This document shows positions 26,854-35,985 of a stretch of DNA of 64,000 bases, one piece after another; within the stretch, counting starts at the first letter, position 1; each line of letters opens with the position of its first letter. This DNA is from an uncultured Prevotellaceae bacterium (GTDB lineage: Bacteria; Bacteroidota; Bacteroidia; Bacteroidales; Bacteroidaceae): assembly GCA_900318995.1 (NCBI GenBank), contig ONMR01000002.1:21373-85372 (forward strand). The letters are read 5' to 3'. The notes beneath the pieces were generated by a model. It was not told the origin of the DNA, did no database searches, and worked only from the letters and a program-made list of their open reading frames with translations. A program made the position numbers and the translations under genes.

Positions 26854-28209
26854 TTATACCAAACCCTGCTCGCACATAGCGTTTGCAACCTTGATAAATC
26901 CGGCAATGTTAGCGCCCTTGACGTAGTTGATGTAGCCGTCCTCCTCGGTACCGTACTTGACGCAGGCAGCGTGGATATCGCTCATGATGCGATGCAGCTT
27001 CTCATCAACCTCCTCGGCTGTCCATTTGAGACGCATTGAGTTCTGTGACATCTCAAGACCTGATGTTGATACACCACCGGCGTTCGAAGCCTTACCGGGT
27101 GAGTACAGCATCTTGTTCTTCTGGAACAGAGCGATTGCATCGGGAGTGGTAGGCATATTGGCACCCTCGGTTACGCAGTAGCAACCGTTGGCAACCAGTT
27201 TCTCGGCATCCTTGAGCTCAATCTCGTTCTGGGTAGCGCAAGGCATGGCGATGTCGCACTTAACGCCCCAAGGACGCTCGCCCTCAAAGTACTTGGCGTT
27301 AGGATACTGCTTTACATACTCCTTGATACGGCCACGGATAACGTTCTTGAGGTTCTTTACGTATGCTATCTTCTCCTCGGTCATGCCCTCGGGATCATAG
27401 ATGTAACCGTTTGAATCAGAGAATGTAACAACCTTGGCACCCAGACGCATTGCCTTCTCGGCAGCATACTGTGCAACGTTACCTGAACCAGAGATTACAA
27501 CTGTCTGACCCTGGAAGCTCTTACCGCGTGTGGCAAGCATGTCCTGAGCAAAGTAGCAAGCGCCGTAACCGGTTGCCTCGGGACGCAGCAGGCTACCGCC
27601 CCAGCACTGACCCTTACCGGTATAAGTTCCGGTCCACTCGTTCTTGAGCTTCTTGTACTGACCGAACATGAAACCAACCTCACGGCCACCTACACCTATA
27701 TCACCTGCAGGAACGTCAGTGTCAGGACCGATATGACGGTAAAGCTCGTTGATGAAGCTCTGGCAGAAACGCATTACCTCGGCATCGGACTTGCCGCGCG
27801 GGCTGAAGTCTGAACCACCCTTGGCACCACCCATAGGAAGTGTGGTAAGGCTGTTCTTGAAAGTCTGCTCAAAAGCAAGGAACTTCATGATGCTCAAGTT
27901 AACGCTTGAGTGGAAACGAACGCCGCCTTTGTACGGGCCGATGGCGCTGTTCATCTGTACGCGGAAACCGCGGTTTACATGAATCTCACCTTTGTCATCC
28001 ATCCAGGGAACACGGAACATGATAACTCTCTCGGGCTCAACGATACGCTCCATGATCTTCTGATCCAGGAGGTAAGGGTTCTGAAGGATATAGGGAGCTA
28101 CGCTCTCTACAACCTCACTAACTGCCTGATGGAATTCCTTCTCACCGGGATTCTTGGCTATAAGCTCAGCCATGAACTTGTCAACGTAATTCTTTACTTG
28201 CTTATCCAT
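26854..28209 (-). CDS. gdhA: NADP-specific glutamate dehydrogenase
   Basis: 'PYKGGVRFH', 'GGAKGGSDF' and 'GSGNVAQYA' motifs. I place the start at ATG 28209 ('MDKQVKNYV'), because the -7 box at 28257-28264 lies inside the track's longer ORF. Confidence 0.95.
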   Translation of the reverse strand: MDKQVKNYVDKFMAELIAKNPGEKEFHQAVSEVVESVAPYILQNPYLLDQKIMERIVEPERVIMFRVPWMDDKGEIHVNRGFRVQMNSAIGPYKGGVRFHSSVNLSIMKFLAFEQTFKNSLTTLPMGGAKGGSDFSPRGKSDAEVMRFCQSFINELYRHIGPDTDVPAGDIGVGGREVGFMFGQYKKLKNEWTGTYTGKGQCWGGSLLRPEATGYGACYFAQDMLATRGKSFQGQTVVISGSGNVAQYAAEKAMRLGAKVVTFSDSNGYIYDPEGMTEEKIAYVKNLKNVIRGRIKEYVKQYPNAKYFEGERPWGVKCDIAMPCATQNEIELKDAEKLVANGCYCVTEGANMPTTPDAIALFQKNKMLYSPGKASNAGGVSTSGLEMSQNSMRLKWTAEEVDEKLHRIMSDIHAACVKYGTEEDGYINYVKGANIAGFIKVANAMCEQGLV

Positions 28210-28235
28210 AATGCAATATTTTGTATATTTTGTGA

Positions 28236-28280
28236 ATTTGTCATCAAAATCGCTTGCAAAGTTACCATTTGTCATCAAAA
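28236..28280. repeat. 14-bp perfect direct repeat ATTTGTCATCAAAA (28236-28249 and 28267-28280) bracketing the gdhA -7 box
   Basis: Read directly. The units are 31 bp apart start to start, and each contains TTTG-N4-CAAA dyad symmetry. Confidence 0.8.
28257..28264 (-). promoter_or_regulatory. -7 promoter box (TAACTTTG) for gdhA
   Basis: Perfect TAnnTTTG on the minus strand, about 48 nt upstream of ATG 28209. Confidence 0.5.
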
Positions 28281-28432
28281 CCAACAAAGATTACGCAAAT
28301 AATTTCATGTTAATAATGCAAAAAATTCAAAATGTTATGCATAAACCCCAAAAACCAACTCAAAAAACCACCACTTGAGCATAAATATGCACAAATACAA
28401 GCACATACCATACATTTTGTCAGCGTACAATC

Positions 28433-28452
28433 GGAGACAGCCCCTTTTGTCC
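28433..28452 (-). repeat. Degenerate copy of the ACAAAAGGGG-N-CCCC palindromic element
   Basis: The minus strand reads GGACAAAAGGGGCTGTCTCC, compared with TACAAAAGGGGTCTGTCCCC at 8385-8404. It lies just downstream of the 1301-aa gene. Confidence 0.5.
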
Positions 28453-28462
28453 GTTTTTGCTC

Positions 28463-31400
28463 TTACCAAACCTGGTTCAGGATGTAAGGAACGCCCGAGG
28501 CAGTGATGCCGGCAGCGTTGATGGTGAACTTACGGGTAAAGCTGTTGTTGTAGAACTCAACGCGTGCTTGGCCGTATTCATCGGTTATCACGTTGGGATT
28601 CCAGTACAGGGTACGGCGGTAATCAACCACACCCTCTATCGGGCCATCGGGATAGACAGGCGAGTAGTACTCTACGGGGCGGGTAAATCCTTTCACGGTA
28701 GTGCTCCTGTGGCCCAGGTTGCGGATTTCACTATAGAAGAGCAGTTCCCTGTCATCCTTGATCAGTATGTCCACCAGCTGCTTTCCGTGCAGGTTTGCAG
28801 ACGATCGTGATCCGCCGTCATCGAAGTTCGTAGATGCCATTTGGCCTGTCATAGTTCCTGCATCGTTACTCAAGCTTCCATTAAACCCGTCATTGCCAAA
28901 ATCAGAAAAACCCATACTATTAGTCGAAGAATTTTCATCATTGTTGTTCCTCATTTCGGCAAATGGCTCTTTCTTCAAGGGCGCCAACTCCTGCATTTGC
29001 CTTTCTGTCATAGGCTTATCATATAAAATGATGCTCTTGACATCTATCATATCTATTTGAAGTGGCTCGTCAAATGGCTTAAATTTAAGCTCTTTCTCCT
29101 GGTTATGCACATACCATATCGGATTTACCCATTTTATTTTAAGGTCTCCAAAAATAGGTTCTTCGGGCATTATTTCGTAACTGAATTGAATACCCTGTTC
29201 CTTAAAGTACTCTTCAACATTCGAAGTGTACTCGCCCATATCAAGTTCCAGTTCGGCATCCTCCTCGGCCTCGAATGATGTGAAGGTGTCATAATCAATG
29301 AACCTTCGCTTTTCACTCTCCTCTTCAATATCAACATCATCAATCATTCGTCCCAGTTTACGGCGTTGTTCGGGAGTCAGGTCAAAATCGGTATAATCAA
29401 CCTTATAGTCATACACCCTATGATTATTGTGAGCCAAATCCGTCTCCTGCTTTAAGAAAGGCCTGGGTGCAGGGCGTTCGGCCCTCTCAAATCGGATACG
29501 CTTACTCTTCTCAAGCTTGGTATCACCATTCTGCTTTGTTGTCATCAGATTTACGGTAAACTTGGCATTACCGTAAAAGTCAGACAGATCAAAACCGAAA
29601 TAGCCCGTAGAGTCTGTCTGGTAGTCAAAACTTTCAAACAGTTTGTTGTCGTCATCCGGCACCAACGATGCATACACCCCGATGTCCGATACGGGCTCAC
29701 GCTTGCCGTAAGACAATATCCATCCGTTCATGGTAAGCCCCTCCTCAATACGGTGCCTCTCATTAAAATCTTCCAGTCCGGTCATAGTCTTCCACTCATA
29801 ACGTTCCCACCCCTGAACCAAGGTCAACAGGTTAAGAGCCTCACGGCGTTCATCGTCATAACATTCCAGATACCAGGCCGGATCATGGATGTACCCTCTC
29901 AGGTCCGATGACAACAACAGGTTAGTCTGCAGATTGTCCGTCTGTCCACCGCCATAGTCCGTGGCATCACGGACCGACAGACAGAAACGGTCACGGAACG
30001 GATTGCCTTGAGTGTCAGTAAGCTTGAACTCCATCACCTCCTTGTCACATGACTGACGCGACATGCTGTCTGTGTTGACTGTAATTGTAGGGCTGCGGGA
30101 CTCTGAACTGTTATGGAATATGCTGCGTGATGAGAGAATCATGCCTTCCTTGTCGAAAAGAGTCAACCGGCATACACCCACCGGCCAGTCTGAGCAGTTT
30201 ATCATCAACTGACTGTTCTCAACATCCTTTATCTCCTCAAAATAAATAACTTGGCCACGGCAGGTTACTACAAGTGCGGCCTGCTCATATATACGGTCCT
30301 GAGTACGCCAGATATTAATCTGCAACCGTGAATCAGAGAGCATATCGGATATCATGGAGTATCCGCTGGTTTTCACTTCAGGCAGATGGAGATAGGCTTT
30401 CTTTTCACCGCCTTCCGGAAAGAAATCTGCAGACACAAAGCCCTGAGGAGTAATTATGAATGAGCCCATTCCGTCAAATACGGTACGTACGGAATCCCAG
30501 ACGCCCGGTACTACCAGAGCGCCTTCAACACCGAAAGCGTCACTGCCTGTAGCCTTGAATGCCACCCTACACGGCAGTCCCTTGACAAGACTGCCACCCT
30601 CGGGATAGAATGCCACCTTAACTTCATCGTCCTGGCGTTGCTTTCTGCGACGTATATATTCATTACGCAAATCTTCTATATACTGATTATCCTGACTGGT
30701 TTTAACGCGTGAGCGGTCATACTCTCCTTCATATTTGGGCTGGGTATAGACTGGTATCACCCGGGAGAATATGGCCTCCGGGCTGAAATCAAGCATATTC
30801 TGCGTATATGCCCTAATCTCATAGAACCCACTGGGATACGCCAGGATACCCTGTTTCTCACGTGTCTGGATTGTTCCGGCGTTAAGCAACGGAATGGCAC
30901 CATCGGCCTGTCCTGCCTCAACCTTTAGTTTCTCCTGTCTTAGAAGCTGTCCTGTCGGTGCCAGAAAATCAACATAAAGGACTCCGCTGGGTGCCCGTTC
31001 CAATGTGGTGGCGTTTGTCACAAAGGCCTTGAACCAAATATTCTCACCCTGGAAATAAGCAGTGTTGTCAAATTCAAGATAGACCTTTTCCTGCGGGAAC
31101 AGAAAGTTGAACTCGTTTATGTTATCGGCAAACTTTATAAGTTCATCGGCATAATCAGCTTGCGTGGCATATGTCCTGTTCGTATCGGCATCAGGAAAGT
31201 AATCTCCAGGCAGACTGGCTCCCACTCTCTTCTTTGAGATATCGCCGGTAAAACGTATGTTGTTGTCAATGACAATGCCCTCCTTTAGGAATATGCAGTT
31301 ATCCTCAAGGAAAGAGATACCGGACTCCGAATACCTATAGATACCCTTTCCCCTTTCCGTAAAGTTCATTGGAGCTCCATCGCCTCTGTGATAGTACCTT

Positions 31401-32368
31401 ATCTTGAGTTTCTTGTCTTTCAAGCCATGGATTCGGATCAGGTTGTCCCCTGCACCCGATGAATATTTGGCGACGTCGACCGATAAATCCACCGATAAGT
31501 TTTTCCTGCCTTTTGAAACTGTTTCAGGCATTGTAAGTATATATCCGTTTTCCCGCAAGCAGTCCTGCGCCAAAGAGCGGAGAAAATGCTGACTCGACCC
31601 GTAATATGCTTTTTGCCGGTTTTTTTCAATGACGGCGGTTTTTGTTTTCTTCAAGTTTTCATAGGGCTTGTAGTAAAAGTAGCCCAGCATATTGCATGAA
31701 GTGACATTATTCACCTGTTCTACTGTAAATTTTTCCAGGTCAACATACAGTTCATATCCCAACAGGGGCAAATCAATGATCAGGGGTTCGTAGGCCCAGG
31801 CGTCAAATACACTCGAAACCACTTTTACCGTATCTTCAAATTCTTCATATTTCTCGGCCTTTTCATGTTGTGCAGATACTTTGGAGAATGTTCTTTTACC
31901 TATACGCCGGGTGTGATATGAGGTATGGAACGACCTGTCAAACATAAGGACGTTCTCATTCTTTATCTTTGCCTGCCTGCCCCATCGGTCATCACCAAGA
32001 AACATCGCCTTGAAATAGTCCATATCCTCCCTGCTGACCTTATTACCCTTACCTGACACCACTATCTCCGGCAATTCATCGTTAGTCTTGAGATTAATTG
32101 TCAATGTCCCTGGATTACGGTCAAAATCTACGGCTTGCGTCTGATATCCCACAAAACTGAATACAACTGTAGCAGGGAATGAAACATCTTTCAACTCAAA
32201 ACGGCCGTCATTATCGGTGATGGTTCCTTGGGTTGTACCGTTCACATAGACTGTAGCCGATGGTAACGGCTCTTGAGTAAGGCTGTCAACTACAACACCC
32301 TTAATTACATTCTGACCTGATAAAAAGGTGGGACAAAATAGCAATAATGCAAGCAAAAACCTTTTCAT
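28463..32368 (-). CDS. Large secreted protein: N-terminal CarboxypepD_reg-like domain plus alpha-2-macroglobulin MG-like domains, no thioester motif seen
   Basis: Signal peptide, then 'IKGVVVDSLTQEPLPSATVYVNGTTQGTITDNDGRFEL'. An MG2-like segment reads 'KVYLEFDNTAYFQGENIWFKAFV', and an A2M-like segment reads 'DYRRTLYWNPNVITDEYGQARVEF'. An N/S/G/D-rich low-complexity tract lies near the C-terminus. GC is lower than in the neighbours. Confidence 0.6.
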   Translation of the reverse strand: MKRFLLALLLFCPTFLSGQNVIKGVVVDSLTQEPLPSATVYVNGTTQGTITDNDGRFELKDVSFPATVVFSFVGYQTQAVDFDRNPGTLTINLKTNDELPEIVVSGKGNKVSREDMDYFKAMFLGDDRWGRQAKIKNENVLMFDRSFHTSYHTRRIGKRTFSKVSAQHEKAEKYEEFEDTVKVVSSVFDAWAYEPLIIDLPLLGYELYVDLEKFTVEQVNNVTSCNMLGYFYYKPYENLKKTKTAVIEKNRQKAYYGSSQHFLRSLAQDCLRENGYILTMPETVSKGRKNLSVDLSVDVAKYSSGAGDNLIRIHGLKDKKLKIRYYHRGDGAPMNFTERGKGIYRYSESGISFLEDNCIFLKEGIVIDNNIRFTGDISKKRVGASLPGDYFPDADTNRTYATQADYADELIKFADNINEFNFLFPQEKVYLEFDNTAYFQGENIWFKAFVTNATTLERAPSGVLYVDFLAPTGQLLRQEKLKVEAGQADGAIPLLNAGTIQTREKQGILAYPSGFYEIRAYTQNMLDFSPEAIFSRVIPVYTQPKYEGEYDRSRVKTSQDNQYIEDLRNEYIRRRKQRQDDEVKVAFYPEGGSLVKGLPCRVAFKATGSDAFGVEGALVVPGVWDSVRTVFDGMGSFIITPQGFVSADFFPEGGEKKAYLHLPEVKTSGYSMISDMLSDSRLQINIWRTQDRIYEQAALVVTCRGQVIYFEEIKDVENSQLMINCSDWPVGVCRLTLFDKEGMILSSRSIFHNSSESRSPTITVNTDSMSRQSCDKEVMEFKLTDTQGNPFRDRFCLSVRDATDYGGGQTDNLQTNLLLSSDLRGYIHDPAWYLECYDDERREALNLLTLVQGWERYEWKTMTGLEDFNERHRIEEGLTMNGWILSYGKREPVSDIGVYASLVPDDDNKLFESFDYQTDSTGYFGFDLSDFYGNAKFTVNLMTTKQNGDTKLEKSKRIRFERAERPAPRPFLKQETDLAHNNHRVYDYKVDYTDFDLTPEQRRKLGRMIDDVDIEEESEKRRFIDYDTFTSFEAEEDAELELDMGEYTSNVEEYFKEQGIQFSYEIMPEEPIFGDLKIKWVNPIWYVHNQEKELKFKPFDEPLQIDMIDVKSIILYDKPMTERQMQELAPLKKEPFAEMRNNNDENSSTNSMGFSDFGNDGFNGSLSNDAGTMTGQMASTNFDDGGSRSSANLHGKQLVDILIKDDRELLFYSEIRNLGHRSTTVKGFTRPVEYYSPVYPDGPIEGVVDYRRTLYWNPNVITDEYGQARVEFYNNSFTRKFTINAAGITASGVPYILNQVW

Positions 32369-32469
32369 AACGCAATAAGACGTCTAAAAGTGAAAAATTA
32401 GGATAATTCAATTATTGGTTCTTTTGCAAAGAAAAACAATTTTATCAATAAAACAAAACAGAATAAATG

Positions 32470-32489
32470 TACAAAAGGGGTCTATCCCC
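32470..32489 (+). repeat. Copy of the palindromic element core (TACAAAAGGGGTCTATCCCC)
   Basis: 19 of 20 positions are identical to 8385-8404. It sits in the divergent intergenic region. Confidence 0.6.
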
Positions 32490-32505
32490 AATTATGCACT
32501 TTTTA

Positions 32506-32513
32506 TATATTTG
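32506..32513 (+). promoter_or_regulatory. -7 promoter box (TATATTTG) for the epimerase gene
   Basis: Perfect TAnnTTTG, 20 nt upstream of ATG 32533. Confidence 0.5.
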
Positions 32514-32532
32514 CAAAACAAAAACAATAAGG

Positions 32533-33573
32533 ATGAAGATACTTGTAACTGGTGCAGCCGGATTTATCGGCTCAAAACTGGCTTACCGGCTGGCTCAGCG
32601 CGGTGATGAGGTAGTGGGACTTGACAACATCAATGATTATTACGATGTCCGTCTCAAACTTGGACGTCTTACCCAATGCGGTATAATTTCCCATAGCGGC
32701 CGATACATAGACGGCTCCATTCGCGAGAGCACTCTGTTCCCCAACTACCGCTTTATAAAGATGGATTTGGCCGACCGGGGGCAGATGACAGAGTTCTTCC
32801 AGCAGGAAAAGTTTGACGTAGTGGTCAACCTGGCCGCCCAGGCCGGAGTCCGATACTCCATCACCAACCCCTACGCCTATCTGGACAGCAACCTGGTGGG
32901 ATTCATGAACGTACTGGAGTGCTGCCGCCACAATGACGTGAAGTATCTGGTCTATGCATCGTCATCATCGGTCTACGGAATGAATGACAAGGTTCCGTTC
33001 TCTGAGGATGACCGCGTGGATAATCCCGTAAGCCTGTACGCCGCCACCAAGAAAGCCAACGAGCTTATGGCCCACTCCTACAGCAAACTGTACGGCCTGC
33101 CCACCACAGGACTCAGGTTCTTTACCGTTTACGGTCCCTGGGGACGCCCCGATATGGCACCCATGCTCTTTGCCACCGCCATCAGCAAGGGCGAGCCCAT
33201 CAAGGTGTTCAACAACGGCAACCTGAGCCGCGACTTCACCTATATAGATGATATAGTGGAGGGCACCATCCAGGTAATAGACCATCAGCCCGTAGCAGAG
33301 CAATGCCCCAACAACGTTCCCTGGAAGGTATATAATATAGGTTGCTCCAAGCCAGTGCAACTTATGGATTTCATAAATGAGATTGAGACCGCGCTGGGCG
33401 TTGAGGCCAACAAGATATTCCTGCCCATGCAGCAGGGCGATGTGCTTAAGACTTATGCCGACACCTCCAAGCTGGAAAAGGAGTGCGGCTACAAGCCCAG
33501 CACCAGCCTTCACGACGGTATAGGAAAATTCATAGAGTGGTTTAAATCAGACCTTAACCCCTTAAAACCTTAA
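32533..33573 (+). CDS. NAD-dependent epimerase/dehydratase, UDP-glucuronate 4-epimerase-like
   Basis: '[14 protein letters not shown]' Rossmann motif, 'YAATK' catalytic motif, and '[10 protein letters not shown]' typical of the GlcA 4-epimerase subgroup. The start is moved to 32533, downstream of the -7 box. Confidence 0.85.
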   Translation: MKILVTGAAGFIGSKLAYRLAQRGDEVVGLDNINDYYDVRLKLGRLTQCGIISHSGRYIDGSIRESTLFPNYRFIKMDLADRGQMTEFFQQEKFDVVVNLAAQAGVRYSITNPYAYLDSNLVGFMNVLECCRHNDVKYLVYASSSSVYGMNDKVPFSEDDRVDNPVSLYAATKKANELMAHSYSKLYGLPTTGLRFFTVYGPWGRPDMAPMLFATAISKGEPIKVFNNGNLSRDFTYIDDIVEGTIQVIDHQPVAEQCPNNVPWKVYNIGCSKPVQLMDFINEIETALGVEANKIFLPMQQGDVLKTYADTSKLEKECGYKPSTSLHDGIGKFIEWFKSDLNPLKP

Positions 33574-33578
33574 TGATT

Positions 33579-33737
33579 ATGAGCAAGTACGTATGTGAAG
33601 TCTGCGGATATGAGTATGATCCCGCCGTAGGCGATCCCGACAACGGCATAGCAGCCGGAACTCCGTTTGAGGAACTCCCCGAGGATTGGGTATGCCCCAT
33701 CTGCGGAGTAGGCAAAGACCAGTTCACCCAAGCCTGA
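33579..33737 (+). CDS. Rubredoxin (52 aa; below the ORF-track cutoff)
   Basis: My own translation is [52 protein letters not shown]. It has both CxxCG knuckles and conserved aromatic residues. An alternative in-frame ATG is at 33573. Confidence 0.9.
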   Translation: MSKYVCEVCGYEYDPAVGDPDNGIAAGTPFEELPEDWVCPICGVGKDQFTQA

Positions 33738-34766
33738 TCAGGAGATCTCGCCGCGGAGATTCATCACAAGGCGGTGCTTTACATCGGCGTTATCGGCCGT
33801 TGAACCCATTAGGAAGAATAGTTTGGCCAGGGCGGCCTCGGTGGTGAGGTCGCGGCCGGAGACTACGCCTGCATCACGCAGGGCGCGGCCCGTGGCGTAG
33901 ATGTCCATATTGACCGTGCCGGCCAGGCACTGGGTGACGTTGAGCAGTATCTTACCCATTGCCGATGACTCCCGCACTATATCCACAAACCAGTCCTTTG
34001 AGATGGCGTTGCCGGAGCCGTAGGTCTCGATAATGACGGCGCGGGTATCGGAACCCAGCAGGATGTCACGCACCACCTGGGGAGTGATTCCGGGATGCAC
34101 CTTTAATATAGATACGCGGGTATCGAGAGAGGTGTTTATACGGAAGGGCTCCGATGCGGGGCGCATTATATGCTTGTCGTTGTAGAGGATATCTATTCCG
34201 GCTGTGGCCAACGGCGGATAGTTGGGCGACCGGAATGCGTGGAACGATGTGGAATCGGCCTTGGTGCTGCGGTTGCCGCGCAGCAGCTGGGAGTTGAAGA
34301 ATATGCAGACTTCCGGAACTACCGCTGTTCCATCGGGATTCTTGGCCACCGCAATCTCGACCGATGAAATCAGATTCTCCTTGCCATCAGTACGCGGGCG
34401 GCCCACAGGCAGCTGGCTTCCGGTAAAGATTACAGGTTTGGAGAGGTTCTCTAGCATAAAACTCAGGGCCGATGCGGAATACGCCATGGTATCGGTTCCG
34501 TGCAGGATTACGAATCCGTCATAATCATCAAAGCGGTCACGAATTATCTCGGCCAGGCGCGCCCAAAGCCCTGGTTCCACGTCCGATGAGTCAATCAGGG
34601 GCGAGAACGAATAATGGTCAATCCTGCAGGTAAACCTGCCCAGCTCGGGTACAAACTCCATCAGCCCGTCAAAGTCAAACGGAGTCAGCGCACCGCGGCC
34701 ATCCTCTTTCATTCCGATGGTTCCGCCGGTGTATATGAGCAGTACTGAAGGGCCTTTATCCTGCAT
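33738..34766 (-). CDS. ansA: Type I (cytoplasmic) L-asparaginase
   Basis: 'LLIYTGGTIGM' with the catalytic Thr, and 'HGTDTMAYSA'. Confidence 0.9.
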   Translation of the reverse strand: MQDKGPSVLLIYTGGTIGMKEDGRGALTPFDFDGLMEFVPELGRFTCRIDHYSFSPLIDSSDVEPGLWARLAEIIRDRFDDYDGFVILHGTDTMAYSASALSFMLENLSKPVIFTGSQLPVGRPRTDGKENLISSVEIAVAKNPDGTAVVPEVCIFFNSQLLRGNRSTKADSTSFHAFRSPNYPPLATAGIDILYNDKHIMRPASEPFRINTSLDTRVSILKVHPGITPQVVRDILLGSDTRAVIIETYGSGNAISKDWFVDIVRESSAMGKILLNVTQCLAGTVNMDIYATGRALRDAGVVSGRDLTTEAALAKLFFLMGSTADNADVKHRLVMNLRGEIS

Positions 34767-34770
34767 AATA

Positions 34771-35874
34771 TCAATATATCGCTATGCACTCCATCTCCAC
34801 CAGCCAGCCCGGACGGCAGACCGGAGCCTGCACTATGACACGGGGGCAATCGGGGAAACGGGTGTCAAATATTTTCTTAACAGCCGAATAATCCGCAATA
34901 TCCCTTAGATAGACTATCATTGCGCCTACCTGAGAGAATCCGCATCCTGCCTCTGACAGCAGTACGCCCACATTCTCAATCATACGCTCAGTCTGGCGTA
35001 CGATATCTCCATTGTAGAGAATCTTGCCTTTATTGTCGATGCTTGCGGTACCTGAGATATATACGTGCCTACGGTCCGGATACTCAACCAAAGTTCCGCG
35101 CTCAAACCTTACTCCATACTCCGACGTACGGTTCAGGTGAGTGTCACCGTGAAGATATTTTACCGCCATACCGGGGCCCTTGGCAGCCACGGCATCAAGC
35201 ATTACCTTATTCCCGCAGTCGGCTGTACGTCCCTCAATGCCGGTGCTGGCTATGAAGTGCGTATCGGGAGTGAGTCCGTGACGGTCAAAAACGGTGTTGC
35301 GGCCATCGACCACACCCTTGTAATTGACATCTATGTTCTGGACAAAGAGCCAGGTGCGCATACAGTCGGATTCAAGTGTCAACCCCTGAGCCTCAAGACC
35401 GGCACTCAGATCATCCAGCAGAGCTACTGTCTGATTGTAAGAACCGTCGGATGCCGACAAACCTCCCGTATACCAATACTCGTCAATGCCTCTTTCTGTA
35501 ACCTTGTGCATACGATCCCCCACGCGACATATTGCGGCACTTTGCCGGCACCACACCATTGCGGCAATCTTGGTGCCGTTAAGCGGAGCCTGGCCGATAA
35601 TGGACACCGGGCAATCGAAGGCAAGACGTTCTCTAAGCGACTCCGTCTGATTGGCGGGATCACTCAGGAAGAAGCGCATCAGGACCGGAGTTCCACCCTC
35701 TTCTATCACCTTGCGGAGATTGTCCAGAAGCAGGTCCAACTGACTGTCAAACGGCATCAGCGTATCGGTAAGGGACAGAATGGCAAATGATTCGGCACAA
35801 TCCGTAGCATCGTCTTTTATCCACCGGCCGGAACTTATACAAATATTACTGTCACTGTATGAAGTATATAGCAT
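34771..35874 (-). CDS. RidA/YjgF-superfamily multi-domain protein, FkbO/Hyg5 chorismatase-like
   Basis: 367 aa. The C-terminal RidA-like domain reads 'VYISGTASIDNKGKILYNGDIVRQTERMIENVGVLL...LVEMECIA'. The size and the 'ISGTASI' pattern resemble chorismatases. Confidence 0.45.
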   Translation of the reverse strand: MLYTSYSDSNICISSGRWIKDDATDCAESFAILSLTDTLMPFDSQLDLLLDNLRKVIEEGGTPVLMRFFLSDPANQTESLRERLAFDCPVSIIGQAPLNGTKIAAMVWCRQSAAICRVGDRMHKVTERGIDEYWYTGGLSASDGSYNQTVALLDDLSAGLEAQGLTLESDCMRTWLFVQNIDVNYKGVVDGRNTVFDRHGLTPDTHFIASTGIEGRTADCGNKVMLDAVAAKGPGMAVKYLHGDTHLNRTSEYGVRFERGTLVEYPDRRHVYISGTASIDNKGKILYNGDIVRQTERMIENVGVLLSEAGCGFSQVGAMIVYLRDIADYSAVKKIFDTRFPDCPRVIVQAPVCRPGWLVEMECIAIY

Positions 35875-35944
35875 CTGCTCTTGAATTATTCCGCGAATAT
35901 AGCGTTTTTCGGCCTTTCCACTTTGCCGAATGGAGCAAAAAGAA

Positions 35945-35952
35945 TAAATTTG
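35945..35952 (+). promoter_or_regulatory. -7 promoter box (TAAATTTG) for pepC
   Basis: Perfect TAnnTTTG, 34 nt upstream of ATG 35986. Confidence 0.5.
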
Positions 35953-35985
35953 GGGTCACTAAAGCTAAAATCATTATTTATAAGT

